Shown piece by piece: positions 9,597 through 18,493 of a stretch of DNA of 32,000 nucleotides; position 1 is the first letter of the stretch; the number at the start of each line of letters is the position of its first letter. The position numbers were made by a program, and so were the translations under genes. The notes beneath the pieces are model-generated. The model was given only the letters and a program-made list of their open reading frames with translations, was not told where the DNA came from and did no database searches. This DNA is from Fastidiosibacter lacustris (lineage in GTDB: Bacteria > Pseudomonadota > Gammaproteobacteria > Francisellales > Francisellaceae): the NCBI RefSeq assembly GCF_003428155.1, contig NZ_QLIR01000007.1, positions 1-32,000 of the forward strand, read 5' to 3'.

Positions 9597-9869
9597 TTAG
9601 ATGACTAGTTTTTTCACATCGCAATGGCTATAAGTTGGATTGTTCTCGTTGTAATGCTCGACTTTTGTAGCCGATATTTTATAACCGCTAACTATATTAA
9701 CTTCTTGCAAGCCATCTATATGCATCTTAAGCCTTTTAAACTCTTCGTCTTGAAACAATTTTTGTTTTGCATCTTTAATATTTTCAGCCACGACATGCTT
9801 ATTAATATGAATTTCGTACATTCCATATCTATCATCATAAAACCCTAAGTGCGCCAAGTATAATTTCAT
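9597..9869 (-). CDS. DUF1543-like small protein
   Basis: MKLYLAHLGFYDDRYGMYEIHINKHVVAENIKDAKQKLF...HIDGLQEVNIVSGYKI resembles the DUF1543 family; 1 nt from the LuxR gene. Confidence 0.5.
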   Translation of the reverse strand: MKLYLAHLGFYDDRYGMYEIHINKHVVAENIKDAKQKLFQDEEFKRLKMHIDGLQEVNIVSGYKISATKVEHYNENNPTYSHCDVKKLVI

Positions 9870-9879
9870 ATTATCTCCT

Positions 9880-11076
9880 TCATATAAATTCCTGATATGT
9901 TTGAGTAATAAAATTTATCGCATTGTTATAGTGTTTTCTAGTCAATTCTAGCTTTAATTTACCAGAAACATGGTAGGAACGTGACTCTATTGTTTGAGTA
10001 TTATGACCCTGCTTTAGCACCTTAACTATTTCTGACACCCTAGGTTTTATTAAATCCAACATTATTTGTACATCATCATCACTAGCTTTAATGTTGAGTA
10101 AGGAAGAATCAGTAAATATGCCCAGTGAGTTATCTATTTTACTAAATGCTGCCATATATAGACTTTTCTGGTTCTCAGTCATTTCATAAATCAAATGACC
10201 AAAAATATTTTCCAGCATAATATAGAGCTGAATGGTTCTAACTCTGTGTCTTACATTGTCTGAAAACATTGCAGGTTCATCTTTGTCTTGTGCAAGCGCA
10301 GATAAGCAGCATATTATATAATCAGCGTAATCTTGGTAAATATTATTTTTCGTTATTCTTGTTTGCACATCAATTAATTTATCGCTATCTTGCGGTATAT
10401 AATCAAATGATCTTAGCTTAATAAACCCATCCTGATAGACCTTTATAATGATATCCTCATAAAACAATTTGTGATATTTTTCCAGATACGCTAGAAGTAA
10501 TTCTCCATAAGCAGTTGAAATATCTTTTAAGTTAATTATTTGATTTTCATCAACTTTATTTATGCCTAAATAAGCATAGAATTTTCTTAACTTTTTTGAT
10601 AAAAGAGTCTTTTTATTTGTAACCTCAAATCCAAATGGACTTATCACTTCTATATTGATTCCCATCTGCTTGGATAATTCATTAGCATTTATTTCTAGAA
10701 TTGAACGCCATAAAGAATTATTAAATTTTCCAGAGATTGATAGATCCATTGCTCCCCGCATAGTTTGTTTAACACATTTTGTTACTATGTTGATACATGT
10801 GTGACGATTGTCAACCAAGAAAACGAAGATTTTTGTGCTAACTTTTAAAACCCTTGCAGTATCTCGTATACCACTACCATTGCTACACATATCAATAATT
10901 CTTTCTTTTGTCTTTGGCAGCCGACCTAGTGCTTTATATTCAAGTTGAAAGTATTTGCTACAATCTAGGCAACGGTATCTTTGCGCACCATTTGGACTAG
11001 ATTTCAATTGATTCTTACCTGCTTTAACCGTTTTTATTGAGTTGCAATTTCTGCAACGTACATCAATTTTTGCTAT
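9880..11076 (-). CDS. Chimeric protein: IS1 InsA-like zinc ribbon/HTH N-terminus fused to an unrecognised C-terminal region
   Basis: Open frame reads (I)AKIDVRCRNCNSIKTVKAGKNQLKSSPNGAQRYRCLDCSKYFQLEYKALGRLPKTKERIIDMCSNGSGIRDTARVLKVST, similar to InsA. The track starts at TTG 11007; upstream, ATA at 11076 sits where ATG is expected. Confidence 0.6.
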   Translation of the reverse strand: MAKIDVRCRNCNSIKTVKAGKNQLKSSPNGAQRYRCLDCSKYFQLEYKALGRLPKTKERIIDMCSNGSGIRDTARVLKVSTKIFVFLVDNRHTCINIVTKCVKQTMRGAMDLSISGKFNNSLWRSILEINANELSKQMGINIEVISPFGFEVTNKKTLLSKKLRKFYAYLGINKVDENQIINLKDISTAYGELLLAYLEKYHKLFYEDIIIKVYQDGFIKLRSFDYIPQDSDKLIDVQTRITKNNIYQDYADYIICCLSALAQDKDEPAMFSDNVRHRVRTIQLYIMLENIFGHLIYEMTENQKSLYMAAFSKIDNSLGIFTDSSLLNIKASDDDVQIMLDLIKPRVSEIVKVLKQGHNTQTIESRSYHVSGKLKLELTRKHYNNAINFITQTYQEFI

Positions 11077-11318
11077 TTTGATTTGAGAGTATCAAAACAA
11101 ATATGCTAGATTACAACAATACCCTTGATGAGTTGTAGTCATTTAGCTTGTGTTTTAGTCATCGGTAATTGCTCCATGTTTGATGTACACGAGCATATTT
11201 TGACACTTAGAAACTTGGAATGTTAGATGGGGTTATTGGAGCGGTTACAATAAAACCATTCTAAAAGTTTGTAACTGCTAGATTTTTCTCAGCAAAATAT
11301 GTAAAATCAACACACATT

Positions 11319-11503
11319 CTTCAGGGCGGGGTGAAACTCCCCACCGGTGGTGTTTTGTATTTATCCCCATCGCAAAATAGTTTGTGATGCTATAGACTAT
11401 ATTTAGATACAAAGAGCCCACGAGCGCTTTTCCTAATGGAGAAGGTTAGCAGATTTGGTAAGAAGCCAAAGCCGACGGTTAAAGTCCGGATGAAAGAAGA
11501 AAT
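11319..11503 (+). promoter_or_regulatory. FMN riboswitch (RFN element)
   Basis: Conserved blocks TTCAGGGCGGGGTGAAACTCCCCACCGGTGGT, GAGCCCACGAGCGCTT, GGTTAGCAGATTTGGTAAGAAGCCAAAGCCGACGGTTAAAGTCCGGATGAAAGAAG, upstream of a rib operon. Confidence 0.96.
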
Positions 11504-11692
11504 AAGCAATGTTAACAAATACAAATTATGTGGTTTTTTATAAAAACGCTATAAAAAGCTGCTTGAGATATTGTATTCGTATTGAAGTGTTTAGATAAGA
11601 CTTTATCAACACCAACAACTATTGTTTTTAGCATGATTCTTTTTCTCTTTGCCCTGAATTAAATGAATAACATAAAAAGGGCAGATTATTAA

Positions 11693-12754
11693 GTGTTTCA
11701 AGCAGATCAGTTTTATATGCAACAAGCCTTAATGTTGGCTAAGCGTGGTTGTTTAAGCGTATCACCTAACCCAATGGTTGGTTGTGTCATAGTGAAAAAT
11801 GGATGTATTATTGGTGAAGGCTGGCATGAGTATGCAGGTGGTAACCATGCTGAGCTCAATGCGTTAATAGCAGCTGGAGAAAAGGCAAAAGGAAGTTGTG
11901 TTTATGTCACACTTGAGCCATGTTGTCATGTGGGACGTACCGGTGCGTGTACGGAAGCACTTATTAAAGCGGAAGTTAAAAAGGTTGTTATTGCCTCTAT
12001 TGATCCTAATCAGTTAGTAGCAGGTAAAGGCATTAATCACTTACAGCAAGTAGGGATTGAAGTTATAGTAGGCTTGTTGCAACAAGAGGCAGCTAGGCTG
12101 AATAAAATCTTTTTTTACTATCATCAAACAAAGCTTCCTTATGTTATAACCAAATGGGGAATGTCATTAGATGGTGAGCTCCAGGTAAAAGCGGGTGATG
12201 TTAAACAAATTACCAATAAAGCTTCACAAAAAATGGTACATAATCTACGCAATCAATTAGATGCAATTATGGTTGGTCACAATACCGTAGTTGATGATGA
12301 CCCAAGACTGACTGTTCGTATGAGTGATAGCAAAATCATTAAACATCCCTTACGTGTTGTTATTTCAAAAAGTGCTGATTTACCAATAGATGCTCATGTA
12401 TTTAATACTGCTATAGTTCCTACTATTTTGTTTACCAGTCAATATGCTAATCCACAAGCCCTTGAAGCATTGAAAAGCAAAAACGTGGAATGCATTGTAA
12501 TGCCTTTGAATTCTCAACAAAAAATAGATTTAAAGCAAGTTCTTAAAGTTTTGGCAGATAAAGGTATAACAAGCCTATTGGTAGAGGGTGGTAGAACTTT
12601 GCTTAACAACTTTTTTAGCGAGGGTTTAGTCAATGAGGTTCACAGCTTTATTGCACCAGTCATTATTAACGGCTGTAATAAGAAACAAACTCTAGACATA
12701 AGTGAGCAAAATTTTATTGCAAGTGATTATTATTGCAAAGGAGAGATAAGGTAA
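11693..12754 (+). CDS. ribD: Bifunctional diaminohydroxyphosphoribosylaminopyrimidine deaminase / 5-amino-6-(5-phosphoribosylamino)uracil reductase
   Basis: SPNPMVGCVIVKNG, HAELNAL, TLEPCCHVGRTGACTEALI, WGMSLDGE, LLVEGGRTLLNNFF; GTG start; follows the FMN riboswitch. Confidence 0.95.
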   Translation: MFQADQFYMQQALMLAKRGCLSVSPNPMVGCVIVKNGCIIGEGWHEYAGGNHAELNALIAAGEKAKGSCVYVTLEPCCHVGRTGACTEALIKAEVKKVVIASIDPNQLVAGKGINHLQQVGIEVIVGLLQQEAARLNKIFFYYHQTKLPYVITKWGMSLDGELQVKAGDVKQITNKASQKMVHNLRNQLDAIMVGHNTVVDDDPRLTVRMSDSKIIKHPLRVVISKSADLPIDAHVFNTAIVPTILFTSQYANPQALEALKSKNVECIVMPLNSQQKIDLKQVLKVLADKGITSLLVEGGRTLLNNFFSEGLVNEVHSFIAPVIINGCNKKQTLDISEQNFIASDYYCKGEIR

Positions 12755-12755
12755 T

Positions 12756-13364
12756 ATGTTTAGTGGAATTGTACAAGAGGTTGCAACAGTGGTATCCATT
12801 GGTGGTAAAGATGTAATTTCAATTGAGGTTAGTTTCAAACGCGCGAATGAATGTAAAATAGGCGATAGCATTGCTATTAATGGTGTTTGCTTGACTGTTG
12901 TAAATATCAATCTAAATTATGGCAATGTTAAATTTGAGGTTGTCCCTGAAACGTTGCGTAAAACGAATTTAGGTATGCTTAAGGTGGATGATTCAGTTAA
13001 TTTAGAGTTGTCATTGCGGTTAAGTGATTTTGTTGGAGGGCATATGGTACAAGGTCATGTCGATGGTGTAGGTGTGATTAAAAGTATCAATCACGAGGGA
13101 GATGCCTGGCTTGTAGCCATAAGTGCTCCTGAAGTCATTTTACAATATCTTGTGAGCAAAGGCTTTGTAACGATTGATGGGATGAGCATTACTATTATCG
13201 AAGTCAGCAAAGATCATTTCATTGTGACTTTTATTCCGCATACGATTAAAGTGACGGTTGTTAAAAACTATAAAGTAGGGACCAATGTCAATTTAGAAGC
13301 TGATCCAATTGGCAAACATATTCATCATTATATGGAGAAAATTCGTGACATTCGAGCAAATTAA
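12756..13364 (+). CDS. ribE: Riboflavin synthase (alpha chain)
   Basis: MFSGIVQEVATV, SIAINGVCLTV, FVGGHMVQGHVDGVG; two lumazine-binding repeats. Confidence 0.95.
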   Translation: MFSGIVQEVATVVSIGGKDVISIEVSFKRANECKIGDSIAINGVCLTVVNINLNYGNVKFEVVPETLRKTNLGMLKVDDSVNLELSLRLSDFVGGHMVQGHVDGVGVIKSINHEGDAWLVAISAPEVILQYLVSKGFVTIDGMSITIIEVSKDHFIVTFIPHTIKVTVVKNYKVGTNVNLEADPIGKHIHHYMEKIRDIRAN

Positions 13365-14556
13365 ACAGCAAGTTGAAACGGCGATTAAGGCTTTAAAAGC
13401 AGGCAAAAGCATTATCGTTTTGGATAATGAAGATCGTGAAAATGAAGGTGATTTAATCTTTCCTGGTCAGCTTGCCAGTAGCGAAAATGTGAATCTTATG
13501 CTACAGCACGCCAGTGGTATTGTGTGCCTTGCTATGTCAAAAGCACATGCTAAGCGTTTACAATTAACACCTATGGTGCCAGTAGATTTAAATACCAGTC
13601 AATATACAACACCTTTTACGATTTCAATCGAAGCTAAAGAGGGTGTCACAACGGGTGTATCAGCGGCAGATCGTGCACATACGATTAAGGTTGCGTCTAA
13701 TCCGAACGTTACCTCAGATGAAATCAGTCGCCCAGGACATATCTTCCCCTTGGTGGCCAATGATTATGGTGTGTTGGGGCGTCAAGGACACACTGAGGCA
13801 AGTGTTGATTTAGTTAAAATGGCAGGCTTTTATCCTGTGGCAGTGTTGTGTGAGCTTATGAACAAAGATGGCACAATGATGAAAGGAGAGCAAATAGAGC
13901 GTTTTGCCTTTGAACATGAGTTGCCTATTTTAAGTATTAAAGCACTTCGTTTGTATCGACTTGCAAGTGAGAAAATTATTCAAAAAGCCGTGAGTACCAT
14001 AATTCCATTTAAAGATTATGGTGAACTTGAGATGGCGGTTTTTGTTGACCCTGTGACAAATAGTGAAGTCAAAATTTTGAGTAAAAATATCTTTGAAAAT
14101 CCATTAGTGCGTATTCATTCATCCTGTGTTACAGGGGATTTATTTGGTTCGCTTAAGTGTGATTGCCAATCACAGTTGCATCATGCCTTAATGGAAATTT
14201 CAAAGGAAGGTGGAATTTTAATTTATCTTGATCAAGAAGGTCGTGATATAGGCTTAATTAACAAGCTTAAAGCATATGAACTACAACGTGCCAAAAAGCT
14301 TGATACGGTGGAAGCTAATAAAGCATTGAGCCTACCTGTGGATAATCGTAGATATGATTTAGCGGTACAAGTATTGAAACATTATAATATTCAAGTATGT
14401 CGTTTGATATCGAATAATCCTGACAAAGTTGAGGCTCTTAAAGCTGCTGGCATTAACGTTCAGGCGTTGGTGTCACAATCTGTTGTGCATGAACATAATA
14501 AACACTATTTACAAACCAAAAAACAACAATTTAAACACACGATTAAAGGAGTATGA
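13345..14556 (+). CDS. ribBA: 3,4-dihydroxy-2-butanone-4-phosphate synthase with GTP cyclohydrolase II domain
   Basis: [30 protein letters not shown], then [14 protein letters not shown] and [13 protein letters not shown] at 13345 ([10 protein letters not shown]) is preferred over the track start at 13309. Confidence 0.92.
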   Translation: MTFEQIKQQVETAIKALKAGKSIIVLDNEDRENEGDLIFPGQLASSENVNLMLQHASGIVCLAMSKAHAKRLQLTPMVPVDLNTSQYTTPFTISIEAKEGVTTGVSAADRAHTIKVASNPNVTSDEISRPGHIFPLVANDYGVLGRQGHTEASVDLVKMAGFYPVAVLCELMNKDGTMMKGEQIERFAFEHELPILSIKALRLYRLASEKIIQKAVSTIIPFKDYGELEMAVFVDPVTNSEVKILSKNIFENPLVRIHSSCVTGDLFGSLKCDCQSQLHHALMEISKEGGILIYLDQEGRDIGLINKLKAYELQRAKKLDTVEANKALSLPVDNRRYDLAVQVLKHYNIQVCRLISNNPDKVEALKAAGINVQALVSQSVVHEHNKHYLQTKKQQFKHTIKGV

Positions 14557-14557
14557 C

Positions 14558-14989
14558 ATGCCAAAAATTGCAATTGTAGTGAGTGAATTTAACGCACTTA
14601 TTACCGATAAGTTATTAGAAGGGGCATTGGAAGGGGCAAAGAAGCAAGGGATTAAAACGCCTAAAGTTTATAAAGTGCCAGGTGCAGTTGAATTGCCTTT
14701 TGCCGCAAAGCAGTTAGCCAAAACTAAAAAGTATGATGCTATTGTGCTTTTAGGCTGTGTTATTCGTGGTCAAACGGACCATTATGATTATGTATGTATG
14801 CAAGTTTCACAAGGCACACAAGATGTAATGATGAGCTATGATTTACCGGTTATTTTTGGAGTGTTGACTACACATAATAAGGAGCAAGCTTTAGCACGCG
14901 TTGGCGGTGAAAAAGGTCACAAAGGGCATTATGCTTTACAGGCAGCTCTTGATATGATTGCACTTAAAAAGGAGATTGCAGGACATTGA
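14558..14989 (+). CDS. ribH: 6,7-dimethyl-8-ribityllumazine synthase
   Basis: MPKIAIVVSEFNALITDKLLEGA, VPGAVELPFAA, GCVIRGQTDHYDYVC, FGVLTT. ATG at 14558 with SD AAAGGA; the track start at 14429 is too early. Confidence 0.95.
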   Translation: MPKIAIVVSEFNALITDKLLEGALEGAKKQGIKTPKVYKVPGAVELPFAAKQLAKTKKYDAIVLLGCVIRGQTDHYDYVCMQVSQGTQDVMMSYDLPVIFGVLTTHNKEQALARVGGEKGHKGHYALQAALDMIALKKEIAGH

Positions 14990-15038
14990 TTTGTAGCAAG
15001 TAGGCTGTATTTGAAAAGATAAACTGTAGAGGTATTTG

Positions 15039-15862
15039 CTATTCAAATTGAAGCATTGTTTTTATTTCCATAATACGTTTTTCCCATAGTGGATGCATTT
15101 TAGGTCTTTGATGTTTGCTTTTACGTAACAAATCTTCTTGCAAGAGAGTTTCAAGGTTAATCAGTTCTTTAAGAAGCTCGTCAGCATCCTTAAATACAGG
15201 ATTGTAAGTATTTTGAACGACGCACCCTGATTTATGCCTACCTCTAGGTGATCATAAGCCTTGTCGATATCAAGAAATTCTATTATTTGATTACTATCAA
15301 ATACCCATGCTTTGTTGCAAGTTGATGAAACAAGGTTTCTGTCATGAGATGCTAGAAAAAAGCCCCCTTTGTAGGCATTTAGCGCAGTAATTAACTCTGT
15401 GCTACCGTAAATATCCAGATGATTTGTTGTTGGTTCGTCAAGTAGGAGCAAATTGGGTGAATTTAACAATGCGCGCGCAAATTTTATTTTATTTTGTTCA
15501 CCGCCACTTAATTCTTTCATTAGTGTTGCCATGGAGACGTTTTTAACTTCCAATTTTTCTAACAGCTTAAGATAATCCCACTCGCTACTTACATAACTGT
15601 TACTGAGGGACAAATAAGCAAGTACGCTTAGCTTAGAGTCTTCTGTTGATATTGATTGACTCACATGCCCAATAACGCACTCATGAGAGACAGTGATTTC
15701 TTTGTTATTCAAGATATTATTTATCAAGGTGCTCTTTCCGCAGCCATTATAACCAATAAGCCCTATTTTCTCTTTGTAGGATAAAGAGAAGTTTATATTT
15801 TTTAATATGATTTCAAGATTACTTTTTATGGATAAATCCTTGGCAGCAACTAAGGTTGTCAT
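15039..15862 (-). pseudogene. Degenerate ABC-F-like ATPase, single ABC domain with frameshifted C-terminus
   Basis: MTTLVAAKDLSIKSN...GLIGYNGCGKSTLI (Walker A), ELSGGEQNKIKFARALL, LLLDEPTTNHLD, ASHDRNL. A second frame continues past ~15215 to TAG 15039 (NPVFKDADELLKELINLETLLQEDLLRKSKHQRPKMHPLWEKRIMEIKTMLQFE*). Only one of the two ABC-F ATPase domains is present. Confidence 0.6.
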
Positions 15863-16147
15863 ATTTTTCAAGCTCGGTTTGGAAATTCTTATTATTTTTG
15901 TTGGAAAATAGAAAAAAAGCAACAAAATACTTGATGTTTGACACGGTAAATTCATATAATCTGAAAGCCTTTTTAGATGATGCAATCCTAGAGCTTCCTT
16001 TCTTAACACAGAGATTACACATGGAATTTCAATGACACAATCTTATGGAAAAACAATTAATTGGAGATGTACAGGTTTTAAAGTTTTCAGTACTCTCCCA
16101 GACTCAAAATCGAGAAAAAAATGAAAATATAGCTTCGGGAGTAGAGA

Positions 16148-17398
16148 ATGCTTTATAGGGAACTGTTATCAAGAGTGAGGCTATTTAAAAATCAATCATA
16201 TGTCTTTTTTGCACTGAGTGGAATTGCCGCAACGATTGGCAATGGATTGGTGTATATTACAACCTCCTGGTACGCATATGAGTATTTTCAGTCAATTAGC
16301 GGTGTGGCATTGTTGATGTTTTGTATTTGGGCGCCCAGCATTATTTTTGGTCCTTTCTTTGGGGTGTGTGCTGATAGATACAATAGAAAAATGATATTGG
16401 TGCTCTCCAATGTTGTAAGAGGGGTTGCTATTTGTCTTTTCGTACTACTGGAACTTCTAAATTGGCACAATAATATATTTGTTTTGGCCATCGTATTAGG
16501 CGTTTTTGTCTCATTCTATATGCCTGCGGCTATTCCTATGATTACTCAGATTGTTAAAGAAGAAGACTTACCTAAGGCAAATGCCACGGTTGATATGCTT
16601 TATGAAGTAGGTACGATCATTGGAATGGGGCTTAGCGGTGTTTTCATTTATGCTTTTGGGAGTGTTTGGACTTTGTTTGTTGGTGGGATCTTATTTATAG
16701 TATCTGGGTATTTTAATGTACTGATGAGGTACCAACACGATAAAAAAGAGGTGCTCAATAGGCAAAGCACTTCTTTCATACGAGAGTATATCGAGTCAAT
16801 CAAATACATTTTTAACAAAAAAGGCTTAGTGTCTGTCTATCTTGTCCAAACGTTTGTTATGGTATTGCTGATGACCATCCCTGTTTTGTTAGTTCCTTAT
16901 GTGAATCAGGTATTGCATGCAAATAGCCGAATTTTTGCTTTGTTTGAGATGGTTTATTCAATGGGTGTATTTATTGGTTGCTTTTTCACACCGATGCTAT
17001 GTGAAAAGTTAAGGTTTAGAGTAACCGTAGCGTCACTGATGTTTGTCATGTTCCTTATGTTATTACTGATTGCCACTAACCTCAGTATGGTGATAAGCCT
17101 TATTTCCTATTTTGTTATTGGCTTTTGTTTATCCAGCTGGGCACTATCAATTGCTCAGGCGCAAATACACACGGATGTTGCATCCCAGGGTAGGGCGCAA
17201 TCAACTTTTAATAGCTTGTCAGGCATAGGCATTTTAATATTGTATTTGCTGGTCACTTTTGAAGGAAAAACGCTGCATACCCAAGCTTTATATTTTGCTG
17301 AAGCGATAATCGCTTTAGTAGGTAGTTTGATTGTTATCCTAGCAACGACGGAGCCTCAGAAAGTGGCAGAGCATAGCGCTGGGGGCAGATTAAAGTAG
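16148..17398 (+). CDS. MFS transporter
   Basis: Multiple TM helices; GPFFGVCADRYNRKMILVLSNVVRG is an MFS loop signature. Confidence 0.85.
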   Translation: MLYRELLSRVRLFKNQSYVFFALSGIAATIGNGLVYITTSWYAYEYFQSISGVALLMFCIWAPSIIFGPFFGVCADRYNRKMILVLSNVVRGVAICLFVLLELLNWHNNIFVLAIVLGVFVSFYMPAAIPMITQIVKEEDLPKANATVDMLYEVGTIIGMGLSGVFIYAFGSVWTLFVGGILFIVSGYFNVLMRYQHDKKEVLNRQSTSFIREYIESIKYIFNKKGLVSVYLVQTFVMVLLMTIPVLLVPYVNQVLHANSRIFALFEMVYSMGVFIGCFFTPMLCEKLRFRVTVASLMFVMFLMLLLIATNLSMVISLISYFVIGFCLSSWALSIAQAQIHTDVASQGRAQSTFNSLSGIGILILYLLVTFEGKTLHTQALYFAEAIIALVGSLIVILATTEPQKVAEHSAGGRLK

Positions 17399-17465
17399 TT
17401 ACAAAACATTTCAGGTTATGAGCTGTCAAGCCTTTTTAGATGGGACAGCCATGGCTATTTCAGGT

Positions 17466-17496
17466 AACAAAAACGATTGAACGCAAAGTAATCATG
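17466..17496 (+). repeat. 31-nt direct repeat, copy 1
   Basis: AACAAAAACGATTGAACGCAAAGTAATCATG, identical to 23602-23632. Confidence 0.97.
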
Positions 17497-18493
17497 AGTT
17501 AAATGCTAAAGGCGCTGCTGACGTATAGCATTGTTTTATACAGCAAATAATTTCATCTGGGCTATATGCACTATCAAAGCAGCGAAATTCAATAAGTGGG
17601 GCATTATTATAAATGCGTGGTCTAGCTGCGTATAGATAATTGCTTTTGAAGCGTACATCATCTTCGTATGGAGGCGCTCCAAATAAATGGACTACTGCTT
17701 TTTTGCCTGCAGCAGCACTGGCTGAGTTAGCTAAAACGTATTCAATTAACCATCGTCCATGTAGATCTATCCAATTGAGGATATCATTTCTACATGAATT
17801 GCGACCTCTATTTCCATTGCTGTAAGTGTAAAAGTTAACTGATTTTCTCAGAAAATCCAAAAAATTATGGTAAAAAAGATCGTTAAAATCCCTGTTTTTT
17901 GTCAGAAACCAATGAGAGTGGCTGAGTGTGATATTTAATGAAGTGAAGCCTGCAAAACGTAGTGCTACATCGTGAAAGTTTATCGTTTGACATGGGAAGG
18001 GCGGGGAGAATTTTTGAGTAATCAATAGTGCTTTATTTGCATCTTGGGGGTCCAGTAAAATTTCATGTAAGTTACATACCCTATTCGAGCCGAGATCCAT
18101 GAACCTTCCAAAGGCAGCGGAGTAAGAGTCACTTAAAGTTAAACTCGGTAGTTGGAAGGACACAGCCAACTGATTGACTAAGTAAACAAGTATGCTTTCC
18201 ATGAGCTTTAATTCAGTGACTAACTCATCTAATTGCGCTATAGTCTTTGGAGGAGAGATGATTTCAATAATGGCATGGCTGTATTCTGGCTCAACCTTCC
18301 AGCCCTTGTCCAAGAGAGCAGTTAGAATGTTTGATTTTTTACAGCCTACGTAAATAAATTTTCTATAGAGGGTAAAAAAATCCCTTGATGCCAAAACGAA
18401 GGTGAGCTCATTATCTGTGAGACATTGAGCAACAAATGTATATTCCTTCTCGATACCTACTCGTGTCGTCATAGACATGGTATTTTTTTCCAC
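17492..18493 (-). CDS. Glutamate-cysteine-ligase-family-2-like carboxylate-amine ligase
   Basis: RVGIEKEYTFV, EPEYSHAIIEIISPP, FTSLNITLSHSH, LIEFRCFDS resemble the GCS2/YbdK fold. Confidence 0.6.
   Translation of the reverse strand: MEKNTMSMTTRVGIEKEYTFVAQCLTDNELTFVLASRDFFTLYRKFIYVGCKKSNILTALLDKGWKVEPEYSHAIIEIISPPKTIAQLDELVTELKLMESILVYLVNQLAVSFQLPSLTLSDSYSAAFGRFMDLGSNRVCNLHEILLDPQDANKALLITQKFSPPFPCQTINFHDVALRFAGFTSLNITLSHSHWFLTKNRDFNDLFYHNFLDFLRKSVNFYTYSNGNRGRNSCRNDILNWIDLHGRWLIEYVLANSASAAAGKKAVVHLFGAPPYEDDVRFKSNYLYAARPRIYNNAPLIEFRCFDSAYSPDEIICCIKQCYTSAAPLAFNS

Noticed and set aside
9880-11007. Calling this simply an IS1 transposase / mobile element
   Set aside because: Only the InsA-like N-terminal ribbon/HTH matches. 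No InsB partner was seen and I did not identify terminal inverted repeats, so an intact element is unsupported.
12692-12910. Minus-strand ORF overlapping ribD/ribE
   Set aside because: It is antisense across the ribD-ribE junction with no recognisable domain.
13309-13344. Track start of ribBA at 13309 (MANIFIIIW...)
   Set aside because: The conserved protein begins at [10 protein letters not shown] (GTG 13345). The 13309 extension lies fully inside ribE and is not RibB-like.
14429-14557. Track N-terminal extension of ribH ([11 protein letters not shown]...)
   Set aside because: It overlaps ribBA coding sequence and has no LumS similarity; ATG 14558 has a good SD (AAAGGA) and the conserved N-terminus.
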